Notes: generated by a model from the sequence alone, not told the origin. Counted from the first letter of the stretch, positions 8,821 to 19,572 are shown. The stretch is 61,040 bases of DNA from Candidatus Undinarchaeota archaeon (GCA_964574035.1 CAZNLD010000006.1:1-61040), one strand, 5' to 3'. Translations and numbers: made by a program.

Positions 8821-9036
8821 CAGCTGTGGTCAGCTGGCACCCATCCTACATTGCCCATTCGCCCAATACACTTTTTCCGGCGAAGGGCAAATAAGACTGC
8901 AAAAATGCATGAGTTTAGCGAGTCTTATTTCCGTGCATATAAATCGGAAGGTAAGCACGGAATGTAGGATTTGTTTTTACCAGATTTTTCAGGACAAAGA
9001 ATCAATTGCACAGAGAACCAATTAAAAAATCTGAGG

Positions 9037-9110
9037 TGGGCCCGGTGAGATTCGAACTCACGACCTCCCGATTATCAGTCGGACGCTCCACCAGGCTAAG
9101 CTACGGGCCC
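9037..9110 (-). tRNA. tRNA-Ile(GAT)
   Basis: GGGCCCG acceptor stem, anticodon loop CT-GAT-AA, GTTCGAATC T loop. Confidence 0.96.
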
Positions 9111-9196
9111 TAAAAAGCAAGTTTTAATATTTCTGATGATATAAATAAACTTTTCTTACCAATAAGTTTAAATTAGTTTAAAAACACATTTATTTT

Positions 9197-9835
9197 ATGA
9201 ATTTAAAATCTAATAAACTGAATTATAGTGAGGATTCAATTTTATTTTTGTTTGACCCCGGCAGTATACGGGATGAAAAAATTAAAGAAAAACTCTTAAA
9301 GTTTGCAGGAGATATTTCTGGAAAAAGCATTCCTATCGTTCATATTTATTATGTCTATAAAGGAATGGACACTACTTTTCGTCCTTTCGCGTTCTATGAA
9401 CTTAAGATAAAAATAAGAAAATATAAGCCGGTTCCCAACCCCTATAAGTTAATTGCTAAGAACTCAAGAAGCTTTATTATTCCTATTAAAACTCATAAAC
9501 TGGAAACAGAAGCAGTAAGTAAAGAATATTTCAAAAAAGCCACAGATTGTCTTTCATCCATATTAAAAAAATCAGGGAAAAATATCGTTCTTGTAGCCGG
9601 CCAAACGGCCGACGGGTGCCAGCGTGATTTTCTCAAGTTCCTTCCAAATTATATGGAAAATCCTCCTCATCTTGTTTTCTTTCCGACCTTAAGCCAGACA
9701 CTTGCTGAGGACAGAGAGGGTGCAGATGATTCTCCAGAAGAGCGAATTAAAAAGTGGATAGGCAGGTCAGAAAGAGATATATTTACCTCTGCGGATATAA
9801 TCAAGGATCCGGAATCTTTTCTTAATGGACTTTAA
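9197..9835 (+). CDS. hypothetical protein, possible isochorismatase/cysteine-hydrolase fold
   Basis: ILFLFDPG, IPIVH and IVLVAGQTADGCQ segments. Confidence 0.5.
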   Translation: MNLKSNKLNYSEDSILFLFDPGSIRDEKIKEKLLKFAGDISGKSIPIVHIYYVYKGMDTTFRPFAFYELKIKIRKYKPVPNPYKLIAKNSRSFIIPIKTHKLETEAVSKEYFKKATDCLSSILKKSGKNIVLVAGQTADGCQRDFLKFLPNYMENPPHLVFFPTLSQTLAEDREGADDSPEERIKKWIGRSERDIFTSADIIKDPESFLNGL

Positions 9836-9886
9836 GGCATCTAAACAATATTTATATAGCTTTGAATAGAATTTTGAAGAAGAACA

Positions 9887-10717
9887 ATGAGGCCAAAGAA
9901 GCTAAAAAAGTTTGGTATTGTCAGCAAGTACGAAACAAAAGAGGTTCAGAACACTGCCAGGAAAATAAAAGAGCATCTAGAAAAAAAAAGAGCGAAAGTT
10001 TATTGTTCTGAAGGCCTTGCTGAAAAGCTTGACTCTAAAAAGAAAATAAATTTTGACAAGCCGAAGGTAGATGCTATTTTAACTATTGGAGGAGACGGAA
10101 CGCTTCTTAAAACAGTAAGGGAACTGAATGGTAGCAAAGTACCAGTAGTAGGAGTAATGAGGGGCAGAGTAGGTTTTCTGACTGAGATTTCTCATAATAT
10201 TGAAAAGTACCTTGATAAGCTTCTTGAAGGAGATTATTATATTGACACCAGAAAAAAACTGGAAGTAAGTGTAAATGGAAAAAGAGCCGGAGATGTATTG
10301 AATGAAGTAGTTGTCACTACTTCAACACCTGCGAAAATGCAGATTTTTGACATCAGTGTTCACGGTGACTGGATTGACAAAATTGATGCAGATGGAATTA
10401 TTATTGCAACTCCTACTGGTTCAACGGCCTATTCAATGAGCGCCGGCGGTCCGATAATTGATCCCTGGAGCAAAACTTATGCAATCGTCCCAATGCTTCC
10501 ATTAAGATTAAGTGCAAGGTCAATTGTGGTTCCTTCAAATGCAAAAACAGTTATTCAGACAAAGACGAAGAGAAAATCAATGGTGGTAATGGACGGCTAT
10601 TATGGGCCAAAAATTTCTGATACTGATAAAGTTGAGATTAAGGAATCAAAAAATTCTGCATATTTAATTAAGTTTAAAAAAGACTTCTTCCAGAAAGTAA
10701 GAAGAAAACTCCGATGA
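9887..10717 (+). CDS. nadK: NAD(+) kinase
   Basis: GGDGT, GRVGFL, LNE, DGIIIATPTGSTAYSMSAGGP. Confidence 0.96.
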   Translation: MRPKKLKKFGIVSKYETKEVQNTARKIKEHLEKKRAKVYCSEGLAEKLDSKKKINFDKPKVDAILTIGGDGTLLKTVRELNGSKVPVVGVMRGRVGFLTEISHNIEKYLDKLLEGDYYIDTRKKLEVSVNGKRAGDVLNEVVVTTSTPAKMQIFDISVHGDWIDKIDADGIIIATPTGSTAYSMSAGGPIIDPWSKTYAIVPMLPLRLSARSIVVPSNAKTVIQTKTKRKSMVVMDGYYGPKISDTDKVEIKESKNSAYLIKFKKDFFQKVRRKLR

Positions 10718-11508
10718 AAGAAAGACATAAAGATTCTCATAAAGGAGACAATGGAACGGTTTTAGTTGTTGGAGGAAGTAAATTATACACGGGAGCCCCT
10801 GCTCTCTGCTCTCTTGCAGTTCTAAGGTCTGGAGCTGACTTAGTTTATACTGCCTCTCCTGAAAGAGCTGCAGATATGACTGCTTCTTTTTCTCCCGATT
10901 TGATTACAATTAAACTGGAGGGAACTCATTTTAAGAAGGAGCATATTGGGGAAATTAAGCCGTTTATTGAGAAGACCGATTCAGTAGTTGTCGGCCCCGG
11001 CTTGAATAATGATCCGGAAACAAAAATAGCTGTTTCCGAACTGATAAAAATCTGTAAAAAGCCAATGGTTATAGATGCTGATGCTTTGAGAGTAGTCGGT
11101 GATAATCCGGAAATAATCAAGGATAAAAAGGTGGTTTTAACTCCGCACAGGCACGAGTTTGAGGTTATTTCAGGAAAGAAAGCAGAAAAAGAAAGTGTAA
11201 GAGAATTCACTGCCAGGCTTTCTCCTGAGCATTCAGTTGTTACTTTATTGAAGGCACCTATTGATATTGTAAGCGACGGAATAAAAGTGAAAGTAAATAA
11301 AACCGGAAATTCCGGAATGACTGTCGGAGGAACTGGAGACGTTTTAAGCGGTTTGATTGCCGGCTTTATTTCTCAGGAAAACAGCTTGTTTGATTCTGCT
11401 TATTCAGGAGCCAAAATAAACGGGGAAGCAGGAGACCTATGCAGAGAAGAAATGGGATATGGTTTTACTGCATCGGATTTACTTCTAAAAATTCCAACGC
11501 TTATTTAG
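10714..11508 (+). CDS. nnrD: ADP/ATP-dependent NAD(P)H-hydrate dehydratase
   Basis: SHKGDNG, GGSKLYTGAP, VGPGL, VIDADAL, LTPH, GGTGDVLSG. Confidence 0.94.
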   Translation: MKERHKDSHKGDNGTVLVVGGSKLYTGAPALCSLAVLRSGADLVYTASPERAADMTASFSPDLITIKLEGTHFKKEHIGEIKPFIEKTDSVVVGPGLNNDPETKIAVSELIKICKKPMVIDADALRVVGDNPEIIKDKKVVLTPHRHEFEVISGKKAEKESVREFTARLSPEHSVVTLLKAPIDIVSDGIKVKVNKTGNSGMTVGGTGDVLSGLIAGFISQENSLFDSAYSGAKINGEAGDLCREEMGYGFTASDLLLKIPTLI

Positions 11509-13101
11509 TTACTCTTTTTTAGATTCAATTTCAACTTTTTCTATTAAGGGTTTTGGTTTGTTTATTTCGTGGCCAGGCTCCAGCTCTTTAATGTCTGTCC
11601 ATTTAGTTTCTTTTTCAAAACCTAACTGCTCTCTAATTTTTTCAGCAGTTTCAGGAAGGAAGGGATTTAAAAGAACGGAGACTGCATTTGTTATATTGGA
11701 GCATACATATGTAACTGTAGGCTTGATATCTTCGTTCTTCCAGGGCTCTTTTTCATTCAGATACTGGTTGCCGGTCTGAACCAGTCCCATGATTTTTTTC
11801 AAAGCTTCCATGAACTGATAGTTCTCAATTAATTCTGAAACTTCTTCTTCAACTTCTTCTATTTTATCCAGAACCTCCTGGTCTTTTTTGTCATATTTTC
11901 CAGGTTTTGGTATTTTTCCGTCAAAGAATTTCTTGTTGAAAATTAGTACTCTGTGTATAAAGTTACCTAGGACATCTGAAAGTTCATTGTTTACTCTGGC
12001 TTCAAAATCTTTCCAGGAAAAGTCCATATCTGTTTTTAATGGAGATGTAATTGTTAGATAGTATCTTAAATAGTCGGCCGGATATTTTTTCAAGAAGTCT
12101 GAAATCCAGACAACCCATTCTCTTGATGTAGACATTTTCTTTCCTTCTAAACTTAGATATTCTCCTGCAATAATTGTATTCGGAAGTTTATATTCACCGT
12201 GAGCCATCAGCATGGCAGGCCAGAAAAGAGCGTGATGGTAAATGATATCTTTTCCAATAAAATGAACTATCTTTCCGTTTTTCCAGTAGTCAAGTCCTTC
12301 TTCTCCTTTCCATTCTTCGGTTGCTGAAATGTATCCGATTGGAGCGTCCCACCAGACATACAAGACCTTCCCTTCCGAGTTTTCAGCTGGAACCGGAACT
12401 CCCCAGTCAATATCTCTTGTAATACACCAGTCTTGAAGTTTATCGAGCCAAGTTCTTGCATAGTTTTTAACATTCGGAGGAATTTCTTTTTTTGATAAGA
12501 ATTTGTCAAGCTCTTCTTTGAATGCAGTCAGTTTGAAGAACCAGTGCTTTGTCTTTTTTAATTCAGGAGTTTTTCCGCATATCCTGCATTCAGCTTCTTC
12601 TAATTTTCCAAGGACGGAGCCGCATTTTTCGCAGTGGTCTCCCCTTGCTCCCTCTGCCCCGCATTCGGGGCATTGCCCTTCCACATATCTGTCCGGAAGA
12701 AATCTCTTGCAGTTTTCGCAGTAGTACTGTTTAACCTCTTTTTCATAGATATATCCTCCTTCGTCTGCTTTTTTAAAAAATTCCTGCGCCTTTTCAATAT
12801 TGATTTTGTTTGAAGTTCTTGAAAAGTAATCAAAATGTATGTTGAGTCCTTTGAATTCTTTTTTAATTTCTTTATGGTATTTGCCTGCTATTTCAATTGG
12901 TTTTTTTCCTTCTTTTTCTGCAGTAATTGTAATCGGCGTTCCGTGTTCGTCTGTTGAACAGACAAATGCAGCGTCCTTGTTTTTTAATTTTAAATATCTG
13001 TAATAAATGTCTGCAGGCAGATAAGTTGATCTAATATGTCCTATATGCAGGGGCCCGTTTGCATATGGAAGTGCACAAGTTATTATTGTTTTGTCAGCCA
13101 T
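11509..13101 (-). CDS. metG: methionine--tRNA ligase (no C-terminal tRNA-binding appendage)
   Basis: ALPYANGPLHIGH, zinc knuckles, YVWWDAPIGY, KMSTS. Confidence 0.97.
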   Translation of the reverse strand: MADKTIITCALPYANGPLHIGHIRSTYLPADIYYRYLKLKNKDAAFVCSTDEHGTPITITAEKEGKKPIEIAGKYHKEIKKEFKGLNIHFDYFSRTSNKINIEKAQEFFKKADEGGYIYEKEVKQYYCENCKRFLPDRYVEGQCPECGAEGARGDHCEKCGSVLGKLEEAECRICGKTPELKKTKHWFFKLTAFKEELDKFLSKKEIPPNVKNYARTWLDKLQDWCITRDIDWGVPVPAENSEGKVLYVWWDAPIGYISATEEWKGEEGLDYWKNGKIVHFIGKDIIYHHALFWPAMLMAHGEYKLPNTIIAGEYLSLEGKKMSTSREWVVWISDFLKKYPADYLRYYLTITSPLKTDMDFSWKDFEARVNNELSDVLGNFIHRVLIFNKKFFDGKIPKPGKYDKKDQEVLDKIEEVEEEVSELIENYQFMEALKKIMGLVQTGNQYLNEKEPWKNEDIKPTVTYVCSNITNAVSVLLNPFLPETAEKIREQLGFEKETKWTDIKELEPGHEINKPKPLIEKVEIESKKE

Positions 13102-13139
13102 GGGCTCTTTTTTGGAATTTTAAAGTTAAATAAGTTTTG

Positions 13140-13191
13140 AAATTCAAATTAAGAGAATTTATATAAAATTCAAATTAAGAGAATTTATATA
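13140..13191. repeat. exact 2 x 26-bp tandem duplication in a divergent promoter region
   Basis: AAATTCAAATTAAGAGAATTTATATA occurs twice and includes a TATA-like TTTATATA. Confidence 0.85.
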
Positions 13192-13220
13192 TTATTTTAT
13201 CTACTTATTCATAGTAACAA

Positions 13221-14984
13221 ATGGAAAATAAAGCAATCGCCGTATTGGCTGCATTCATTTTGATAATAATTGGACTTCTTATTGCGAATTATGTATGTTC
13301 TGAATGTTTGTTTGAATTTCCTGAGTTTGAAGGAGGTTCAACAGGAGGCGGATATGTTCCTTCGCAAGGCCAACCCAGTACCGGCGTTGGCTGGGGCTGG
13401 ATACTCATCCCTATTATTATAATTGCTTTACTAATGGGTTGTAAATGGTCTGGAAAATGGCCAATTATAGAGAAAGAAGGAGTAATTAAGGGCATTGTTA
13501 CTAATAGGGCAGATCCAGATGAAGGCGTTTCAGGAGCTACAATAACCATTGAAGGAAGTGGAGGAAGTTCATTAGAAACTAATACTGGTCTTGAAGGGAA
13601 ATATAGAGTAAATGTTGAAAAAGGAACTTATATTGTCAAAGTCCATAAAAATGGCTGGAGTTTTCCTAAACCGGAATATCATGAAGTTAACGTAAAACGT
13701 AAAAAAACTTCTGAAGCCGATTTTACTCTTGAAAAAACTGGAAAAGAAGACGATCAAGGAACTATTGAAGGGAAAGCTGTGGATACTTCTGGAAATGCGC
13801 TTGAAAAAGTTAAACTTAGTTTTACAGACTCTTCGGGGAATCCTCCAAAACCTTCTTCTACTGATGCAAATGGCAAGTATTCTATAACTCTTAATGTTGG
13901 TCATTGGGTAGGGACTGCTGTTAAATCTGGTTATGATTGTATACAAATTGAGCCTTCTGACGAGGTTGATTTAAAGAAAAATAAGACAGAAGAAATGAAT
14001 TTTGTTCTTAAAAAAACAGGCAGAAAAAAGAAGAAAGGGTATAATTATCCTTTAATTCCTAGAGAAATACTTGGTGATTGGAGAAAGGAAATCTTAAGTG
14101 GAAACTACTGTGAAAAGGTTGGAAGTATTAGTGGAGATGGTTTTTCTGAGTTAATTGATAACCGATTGAATAAATCCCCATATCCTACTTATTTACTTTT
14201 CAAAGGATGGATTACGTCAGCTAAACCAGGTAATGATCGATTCCATCTTAGCTATCCACATGAGTTTTGTAGAAAACCAACTCCTACATTTGAAGATTAC
14301 ATGAGAAAAGGTCTTGCAACAGCTCTTAAGAAACATGGTACTTTTTCAAAAAGAATAAAGGGAGTGCCAAAGAATTTCTTAACAAGGATGGTTGAAGCAT
14401 ATGCCAGAGTTGATACAAAAGGAGTCGAAATTAAAGATATGAATGACAATACTAAAAAATTGTTTTCTGTCTTTGAAAAATTTGGCGGTTCTACAGATGA
14501 TTTATTTAAGGAGATTAAGGAAGTCAGGAAGGAGATGGGGGCAGATGAAGTGAGTCAAGATGTTTGGAATTTAACTTTGGAAATTCTGAATGAAGGAAAT
14601 TTTATTTCAGATGCTAATAAATTAAACAATGCATATAACTCTGCTGAAGATCAGGTGCTTGCTCTTTTGACTTTAGTTGCTGAGTTAAAAGGCGCAAAAG
14701 GAGGGTGGAGAGCCATTACGTCTGAAAATATATCTGAACGAATTCACATTGTTTCAAAAACAATAGATGAAAGTCTAGCTGCCTTTTCAGAATTCATGAA
14801 TAAAGTGATGGATGTTTTAGATAAAAAATTAAAAAAGAGCGATAAAGAGTATGAACAGGTTTTAGTTGTTCTTGATGAAATTGTCGGACCTCCTCTAAGA
14901 ATAATGGTTGGGCGGATTGGAATACTTGCTTTAGTAAGTCAATATGCAACAAAGATAAAGGGAATTGAATTAAAAGAAGTTTAA
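13221..14984 (+). CDS. membrane-anchored protein with two carboxypeptidase-regulatory-like (prealbumin-fold) domains and a helical C-terminus
   Basis: Two N-terminal hydrophobic segments; repeated G-x-I-x-G...T-x3-GKY...G-x-Y/W pattern. Confidence 0.75.
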   Translation: MENKAIAVLAAFILIIIGLLIANYVCSECLFEFPEFEGGSTGGGYVPSQGQPSTGVGWGWILIPIIIIALLMGCKWSGKWPIIEKEGVIKGIVTNRADPDEGVSGATITIEGSGGSSLETNTGLEGKYRVNVEKGTYIVKVHKNGWSFPKPEYHEVNVKRKKTSEADFTLEKTGKEDDQGTIEGKAVDTSGNALEKVKLSFTDSSGNPPKPSSTDANGKYSITLNVGHWVGTAVKSGYDCIQIEPSDEVDLKKNKTEEMNFVLKKTGRKKKKGYNYPLIPREILGDWRKEILSGNYCEKVGSISGDGFSELIDNRLNKSPYPTYLLFKGWITSAKPGNDRFHLSYPHEFCRKPTPTFEDYMRKGLATALKKHGTFSKRIKGVPKNFLTRMVEAYARVDTKGVEIKDMNDNTKKLFSVFEKFGGSTDDLFKEIKEVRKEMGADEVSQDVWNLTLEILNEGNFISDANKLNNAYNSAEDQVLALLTLVAELKGAKGGWRAITSENISERIHIVSKTIDESLAAFSEFMNKVMDVLDKKLKKSDKEYEQVLVVLDEIVGPPLRIMVGRIGILALVSQYATKIKGIELKEV

Positions 14985-15039
14985 TACTCTATATAGTAGA
15001 ATTTATATAGGTAATTATATACTAATTAATAGTTAAAGG

Positions 15040-16605
15040 ATGGAAACAAAAGGTTGGATTACAATAGCAGTATTCGCCGTTCTCATTATTGTAGGACTCT
15101 TTATCCTGCTTCCTATGTTAGGTATTGAAATGCCTGATTTTGGAGGTTATTCTTCTCCTGGAGCTTCTTATTATGGCGGAGAACCGACACCTACTGGGGG
15201 AGAAGGGGCTGGTTTTAATTGGGGGTATTTGTTAATAATTCCTGTAATTGCAGTAGTTGGTTATTTAGGATTTAGAAATTTAAAAGACAGCAAGTTTGTT
15301 CTTTGGTTTACTCCTGAAGGAAGAGAAATATTAAAAGAAGAAAGAAGAATAACCCATCTCAAGAAAAAGGAACAGCTTGAACAGCTTAGAAATTTAATGG
15401 AAAATGTTGATGCAGTATTGACAGAAAAGCTCGATAAATATAAACGAGATAAAAAAAGCTGGCCTTTATTAGAATTATATCGAAATAGGCAGAAGCCGCT
15501 AATTAATAAAGACGGCGTAGATTATATAATCAAATTGGCTAGGTATCCCAAGGGCTTAAGCAGTAAAGAAATGATTAAGTCTATTGTAAGGGCCAGAATT
15601 TCTGATTTAAAAAAGGACTGGAAATTTGGCGTTTATACTGACAGTATCCCTGATGCCATAATGGAATTTTCATTTTTAAATGCAGTTATTAGATGGGCCT
15701 ATGAGAGAATGCATCAGGGAGAGCTGCCCGAGTTGGATGAAAGTGAAGGGCGTTTAAGAGTTTTCAGGAGCTTTATGGGGAAGAAAGGAGAACTGGCAAA
15801 AGAACTTATCACTAGTAATAATCTCACCGATTCAATAAAACAAAATTTACGAAATCTTCTTGAATCGTATAATGATAAAGAAACGATGCTGTTACTGCAA
15901 AATTGTGGATTTTTACATCCTGCTGAGTTTAATATAGACCCTGATAAAAGCGCATACCCACAGGATAACAAGCCGCATGCAATGGAAAAGGTTGATGACC
16001 TCATTGGCGATTTTGGTGACAGTCCGTTCAAAGCAATAAGAGAATATACTGTCTTTAAAGGAGACTCGCCCGAAGAAAACCCGGTTAGAGATATGGTTGT
16101 CTGGTCAGTAAATAGTTATAAAAAGTTTTTACAAAAGAAGAAAAACATTCACAAGGTCATGGAGTTTCTAAGACAACAAGATACCCAGGAACTTTTAAAT
16201 GAAGCAATACAGCATAAAAAAGGTGCGCAGGCCCTTAAAAAATTCAAGAATGGCCTTTCGACTTTAGGGGGAGTTTTCCGTAAAACTTTTTCAGATGATT
16301 TAAGGGAGTTGAATAAGTTGACTAATGATCTTTATAATCTTATGGACAATACATACAGCTGGTTTTTACATAGGGAAACTGATAAGATGATAGACCATAT
16401 TCAACTTCGAACTAAATCTTTGGGTTATTCGGAGGGAAATGAAATACCTGAGGATTTCAATAAAAGACTGGCAATGTTGTATTTTTCAGTATTTATGCCC
16501 TGGATTTATGTTCTTTCAACGTATAAATTGCTCTATGTTTTGGTTCTCAAATATTTGGAAAGCGTTGAAATTATACAGGAAGCAATTAATGAATCAGGAG
16601 TTTAA
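15040..16605 (+). CDS. membrane-anchored hypothetical protein
   Basis: TM, Gly/Pro linker, TM N-terminus similar to the preceding gene; helical body. Confidence 0.7.
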   Translation: METKGWITIAVFAVLIIVGLFILLPMLGIEMPDFGGYSSPGASYYGGEPTPTGGEGAGFNWGYLLIIPVIAVVGYLGFRNLKDSKFVLWFTPEGREILKEERRITHLKKKEQLEQLRNLMENVDAVLTEKLDKYKRDKKSWPLLELYRNRQKPLINKDGVDYIIKLARYPKGLSSKEMIKSIVRARISDLKKDWKFGVYTDSIPDAIMEFSFLNAVIRWAYERMHQGELPELDESEGRLRVFRSFMGKKGELAKELITSNNLTDSIKQNLRNLLESYNDKETMLLLQNCGFLHPAEFNIDPDKSAYPQDNKPHAMEKVDDLIGDFGDSPFKAIREYTVFKGDSPEENPVRDMVVWSVNSYKKFLQKKKNIHKVMEFLRQQDTQELLNEAIQHKKGAQALKKFKNGLSTLGGVFRKTFSDDLRELNKLTNDLYNLMDNTYSWFLHRETDKMIDHIQLRTKSLGYSEGNEIPEDFNKRLAMLYFSVFMPWIYVLSTYKLLYVLVLKYLESVEIIQEAINESGV

Positions 16606-16613
16606 TAATTAAG

Positions 16614-18083
16614 ATGGCTAAAAAGAAAAATACAAAAGATAAAGAGAAGATTTTATTGAAGCCATTTTATTTATATACTGATTTAGCTGAGTCTATAAAG
16701 GAGCAGTATTCTGAATACAAAAAAACCGGTATTTATTCTCCGCTGGTTTATTTTTTCACTTACTGGGAAGATAAAGATCTTAATATGAGTATGTTTTACC
16801 TGTCTGAAGATACCTTCAAGAACGACAAAGATATTAATAAATTATTTAATGTAATTTTTAATATACCAATAGAAGACATCATAAAAAAATGGCACATCGA
16901 TCTTCCGAGTTCTTCTGCAACGGATGTAAGATTTACTGCTTTTCTTTCTTTTATTGACTCTGTTTCAGAAAATGGTTTGAAAACAAATGAAATGGAGGCA
17001 ATTCATAAAGCATTTAATGATTTTAGAACAACAAATTTGAAAGAAATTGCAAATAAACAGACTTTTCAAGAAGTTAATGAATTAATAACCGAGTTATTCC
17101 GTGATATTTATGACCAATCTAAATTCAAAGTTAATGTTTTTACTGGTACTTCTAAGAAAAAAATTGCAGATGCAATTAGATATTTAATGATTGCAAAAGA
17201 AAGTGAAGGGGGAATTTCATTCCGGCAACAGTCAAGTTGGCTTTATAAAACCAAAAAAGATTGGTCAAATATTGTCAGTGGGTTTGGAGCTTTGTTAGGA
17301 TCTATTAAGACAATATCATTAATCCCTGATATTTCAAAAAAGAATAAACTTGATGAAATTAAAACAACTGTAAAAGAAGCTAAAAAGCAATTATCTGGAG
17401 GCATACTAAGAAAGGGGCTAGAGACAAAACTTGAAGATTACTCAAAAGAAGCATTTGAAACACTTCAAATTGACTTTTTAGATAAATTGACTTCTGATAA
17501 AATTAAAAAAACACTCGAGGGGACTGAGTTCAGCGGGTTGGATGATGTTCAAATTAAATTTATAAGAACATTTTATTATACTTTAGTTGAATCTCATCTA
17601 CTTGATATTCTTGACTATTTAATTTATGCAGGAATTTTGAAATCTACTTTTAACGTCCTCAATAAAGGACCTTTACATCCGGTTGCTAAAAATAAAGTAG
17701 TTTTAAGCAAATTAAAAATTAAGAAAAAGAAAAAATCCAGTTCAAAAAAATCAGGTTTGAAGACATCGAAACGCAAGTCTAAGCAGACAAGTTCAGTAAA
17801 GAAACAAAAGCAAAAAAGTAAGTCAAAAAAGACAGGAGATACACATCCTTGTCCTCTTTGCGGGGCAGATGTCCCAAATAATGAGAGTAAGTGTCCGGCG
17901 TGTGGTGAGCCGGTAATCCAGTGTCCCGATTGTGGAACTTATATTGAGGAGTCTGAAAAGAAGTGTCCAAATTGCGGGCAGACTTTTTCAGATGAGATTA
18001 TATTTGAATGTCCCAATTGCAATTCCGAACTGGTTGGCGATTTAGATGAATGCCCTGTATGCGGGGCGGAGTTTGAGAGTTAA
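16614..18083 (+). CDS. hypothetical protein with C-terminal double zinc-ribbon repeats
   Basis: Six CPxC motifs after a Lys/Ser-rich linker. Confidence 0.8.
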   Translation: MAKKKNTKDKEKILLKPFYLYTDLAESIKEQYSEYKKTGIYSPLVYFFTYWEDKDLNMSMFYLSEDTFKNDKDINKLFNVIFNIPIEDIIKKWHIDLPSSSATDVRFTAFLSFIDSVSENGLKTNEMEAIHKAFNDFRTTNLKEIANKQTFQEVNELITELFRDIYDQSKFKVNVFTGTSKKKIADAIRYLMIAKESEGGISFRQQSSWLYKTKKDWSNIVSGFGALLGSIKTISLIPDISKKNKLDEIKTTVKEAKKQLSGGILRKGLETKLEDYSKEAFETLQIDFLDKLTSDKIKKTLEGTEFSGLDDVQIKFIRTFYYTLVESHLLDILDYLIYAGILKSTFNVLNKGPLHPVAKNKVVLSKLKIKKKKKSSSKKSGLKTSKRKSKQTSSVKKQKQKSKSKKTGDTHPCPLCGADVPNNESKCPACGEPVIQCPDCGTYIEESEKKCPNCGQTFSDEIIFECPNCNSELVGDLDECPVCGAEFES

Positions 18084-19556
18084 ATGACTAAATATATTTG
18101 GAAAGTAATCATTGATAGTAAGATCAAAAAGAAAATTTTAAAAGAATTTGCCAGTAAGGTTGATACTAAATATTCTTCCAAAGGCATGTCAATAAATAAG
18201 GCTGAATTAAAGAAGCAAGCCAATCAAAAATTCAAGGAAGAGTTCAATAATTTTAGAAATGAACTACCTTCTGCTAAGCTTAAAAAAGTAGGAAAGGGTG
18301 CAGAAATATCATTTATTTCAAAATTTAAGAGCAAAACTAAACTCAGGGACCAGTTAAAGAAAATTTCAAAGATTTTTGGAGAAAATGTAAAATTAGAATC
18401 TGTTGGCATATTTAATGAAGACAAATACAAAAAAATCCAGGCTAGATTAAAAGAAACTGCTGGTTTAGACTGGAGCATCAAACGAATTGCGGAATCTACT
18501 GATGAAGCTGTTAATTTGATTAAAAAAGCAAGAGAAGAAGCAGGAAAAAGAGAGAAACTGGAAGAAAGAGCAGATAAACTTGAAAGTACAGTAAGAGAGG
18601 TTGCTTCCGAGCGCGATAAATTACTGACCGAAAAGCAAAAACTGGAAGAAGAAAAGGAAGAACTTGAGTCCGAGAAAAGTGAAATTGAAAGCAAATTAAA
18701 GGACATTAAAGATGAAAAAGAACTTCTTGAGGGAATGCTTAAAGCTGAACAGGCTAAGAAAGAAGAACTTGAGAAGGAGAAGGATAAAATTAGAGAAAGG
18801 CTCAAAAAAGAAAAAGATTTGTCAAAGAAGGAAAAAGAAACTTTGAAGAAGCAGCTTAAAGAGAAGAATGAAGCAATGGAAGAGACAAAAAACAAAATGA
18901 GGAAAATTTTCAAGCAGGCTAATGAATTAGAAGACAAGGAAAAGGAAGTTGAAAAGAAGAAAACACAAGTTAAAGAGGAAGAAAAGAAAGTAGAGAAAAA
19001 AGAAGAGAAAATTGAAAAAGAGGAAGAGATAAGAGAAAAGAAAGCAGAAAAAGAATTATCTACATTTAAACCAAAAGAAGGAAGGGCATACTTGATTGTG
19101 GAAACTGAACTTTCTACATATTCTTTGAAGAAATTTGCAAGAATAGTAAGTGGTGGTTATAAAGGATTCTGCTTTTCTGGAAGTCCAAAAGAGTATCTTT
19201 TTGAGGAGGAGAGAGCCGGATCTGAGTTAGAAGCAGTCGAGGAAGATATTGATTTCTATTGGATCTCTTCTAGTGAGGTAAAACCAGAAAAAGGAATTTT
19301 AACTTATGAATTTGGAGAAATATTGGAAGATGCTGAAGATGACACTATTATTTTCGTTGAATTGGATAAATTGATAGAAAACACTGACGTTGACTATGTT
19401 CTAAAAGAGATAAAGGTCAATTCAGAAAAGGTTGTTGGGAAACCTTGTATTTTACTTTTCTTTGTAAGCCAGAATCCGAAACATCCCGATAAAGAAAAAG
19501 CCGAGTTCATAGCAAAAGCAAATTCATTTATTAAAGTAAAAAGTATAGATTACTGA
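18084..19556 (+). CDS. coiled-coil protein with C-terminal DUF835-like (inactive KaiC-fold) domain
   Basis: Long E/K coiled coil, then GRAYLI...GFCFS...FYWIS...IIFVELDKLI pattern typical of DUF835. Confidence 0.65.
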   Translation: MTKYIWKVIIDSKIKKKILKEFASKVDTKYSSKGMSINKAELKKQANQKFKEEFNNFRNELPSAKLKKVGKGAEISFISKFKSKTKLRDQLKKISKIFGENVKLESVGIFNEDKYKKIQARLKETAGLDWSIKRIAESTDEAVNLIKKAREEAGKREKLEERADKLESTVREVASERDKLLTEKQKLEEEKEELESEKSEIESKLKDIKDEKELLEGMLKAEQAKKEELEKEKDKIRERLKKEKDLSKKEKETLKKQLKEKNEAMEETKNKMRKIFKQANELEDKEKEVEKKKTQVKEEEKKVEKKEEKIEKEEEIREKKAEKELSTFKPKEGRAYLIVETELSTYSLKKFARIVSGGYKGFCFSGSPKEYLFEEERAGSELEAVEEDIDFYWISSSEVKPEKGILTYEFGEILEDAEDDTIIFVELDKLIENTDVDYVLKEIKVNSEKVVGKPCILLFFVSQNPKHPDKEKAEFIAKANSFIKVKSIDY

Positions 19557-19572
19557 TATTAAATTATATTTA

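Noticed and set aside
8446-9025. ORFs 8446-8718 (-) and 8681-9025 (+)
   Set aside because: The first is an alternative frame of the SD-supported acidic peptide; the second runs across repeats and the tRNA fragment
18224-18937. Long antisense ORFs rich in S/F/L (also opposite rad50, ftsY, proC and ribosomal genes)
   Set aside because: They are shadow frames of K/E-rich genes on the other strand
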